64,000 nucleotides of DNA from an uncultured delta proteobacterium (GTDB taxonomy: Bacteria; Myxococcota; Myxococcia; SLRQ01), in NCBI GenBank assembly GCA_963727485.1, contig CAVSGM010000002.1, forward strand, positions 896,001-960,000, given 5' to 3'. The notes beneath the pieces are model-generated. The model ran no database searches. It was given only the letters and a program-made list of their open reading frames with translations, and had not been told where the DNA came from. Below, in pieces: positions 63,648 through 64,000 of the stretch (positions are counted from its first letter, which is position 1; every line of letters begins with the position of its first letter). A program made the translations under genes and the position numbers.

Positions 63648-64000
63648 TCAGCGCCCGCCGGTGGGATCGGCGCCCGGGGCCGGCACCCTCGCCGGCGAGG
63701 CGCGCGGCCAGCTCCAGGTGATCCCGGCGCCGGAGCGTCGCCCGGGGATCGGGCCGCGGCCCGGCGGGATCGAAGCGGGCGAGCAGGGCGTCGAGGCGCC
63801 GGTGGGCGGCCTCCACCGGCCCCTCGTCGAGCTTCCCGGCGGCGAGCGCCTGGGCGATGCCCTCGATGAGGTGGTGCTGGCGATCGGCGCGGTGGCAGAC
63901 CAGGAACACGTCCACCCCGGCCTTCAGGCCCCAGCGGCCCACCTCGTCGAGGCCGAAGTGGTCGGCGACCGCGGCCATCTCCAGGTCGTCGCTGAACACC
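63648..64000 (-). CDS. nagZ: GH3 beta-N-acetylhexosaminidase, 3' part (truncated by window; probable frameshift at ~63675, otherwise ends 63610)
   Basis: FSDDLEMAA nucleophile motif and AGVDVFLVC. Confidence 0.7.

Overview
High-GC bacterial chromosome segment, very probably Myxococcota (MYXO-CTERM-like protein, DGG-linker and Cys-rich lipoproteins, pseudo-receiver/J-like protein, deltaproteobacterial-type kds-lpt-rpoN-PTS gene order). From left to right: a sigma54-type promoter ahead of a tiny conserved-looking protein and comEA; a cobalamin riboswitch leading a B12-import locus (TonB-dependent receptor, two paralogous beta-propeller lipoproteins, BtuF/C/D-like ABC genes with an extra lipoprotein inside, a TonB-like protein) and ltaE; a nitrosative-stress cluster (two Ric/hemerythrin genes, nnrS, Fe-S Rrf2 regulator, YwiC-like protein) with an AT-rich operator palindrome; def, preceded by a ~180-nt rod-like structured intergenic element; a long pseudo-receiver/charged-helix-repeat/J-like protein; priA, galU, a second TonB-dependent receptor, dksA and an outer-membrane barrel; kdsB-pyrG-kdsA-kdsC; an accessory block (aldo-keto reductase, M4 protease, Cys-rich lipoprotein, epimerase, lpxL, NiCoT, EEP); lptCAB-rpoN-hpf-ptsN-hprK-rapZ-mannose-type EIIABCD-HPr-ptsI-metK; an orphan N6-adenine DNA methyltransferase; an Eis-like GNAT, manC, PMM/PGM, a methyltransferase, a beta-helix protein, aconitase, gluQ and the 3' part of nagZ. 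About 14 apparent small frameshifts, some in normally essential genes, point to long-read consensus errors; five sit exactly at GATC sites. I found no tRNA, rRNA, CRISPR array or transposase. All calls are by motif recognition only; no database searches were run.
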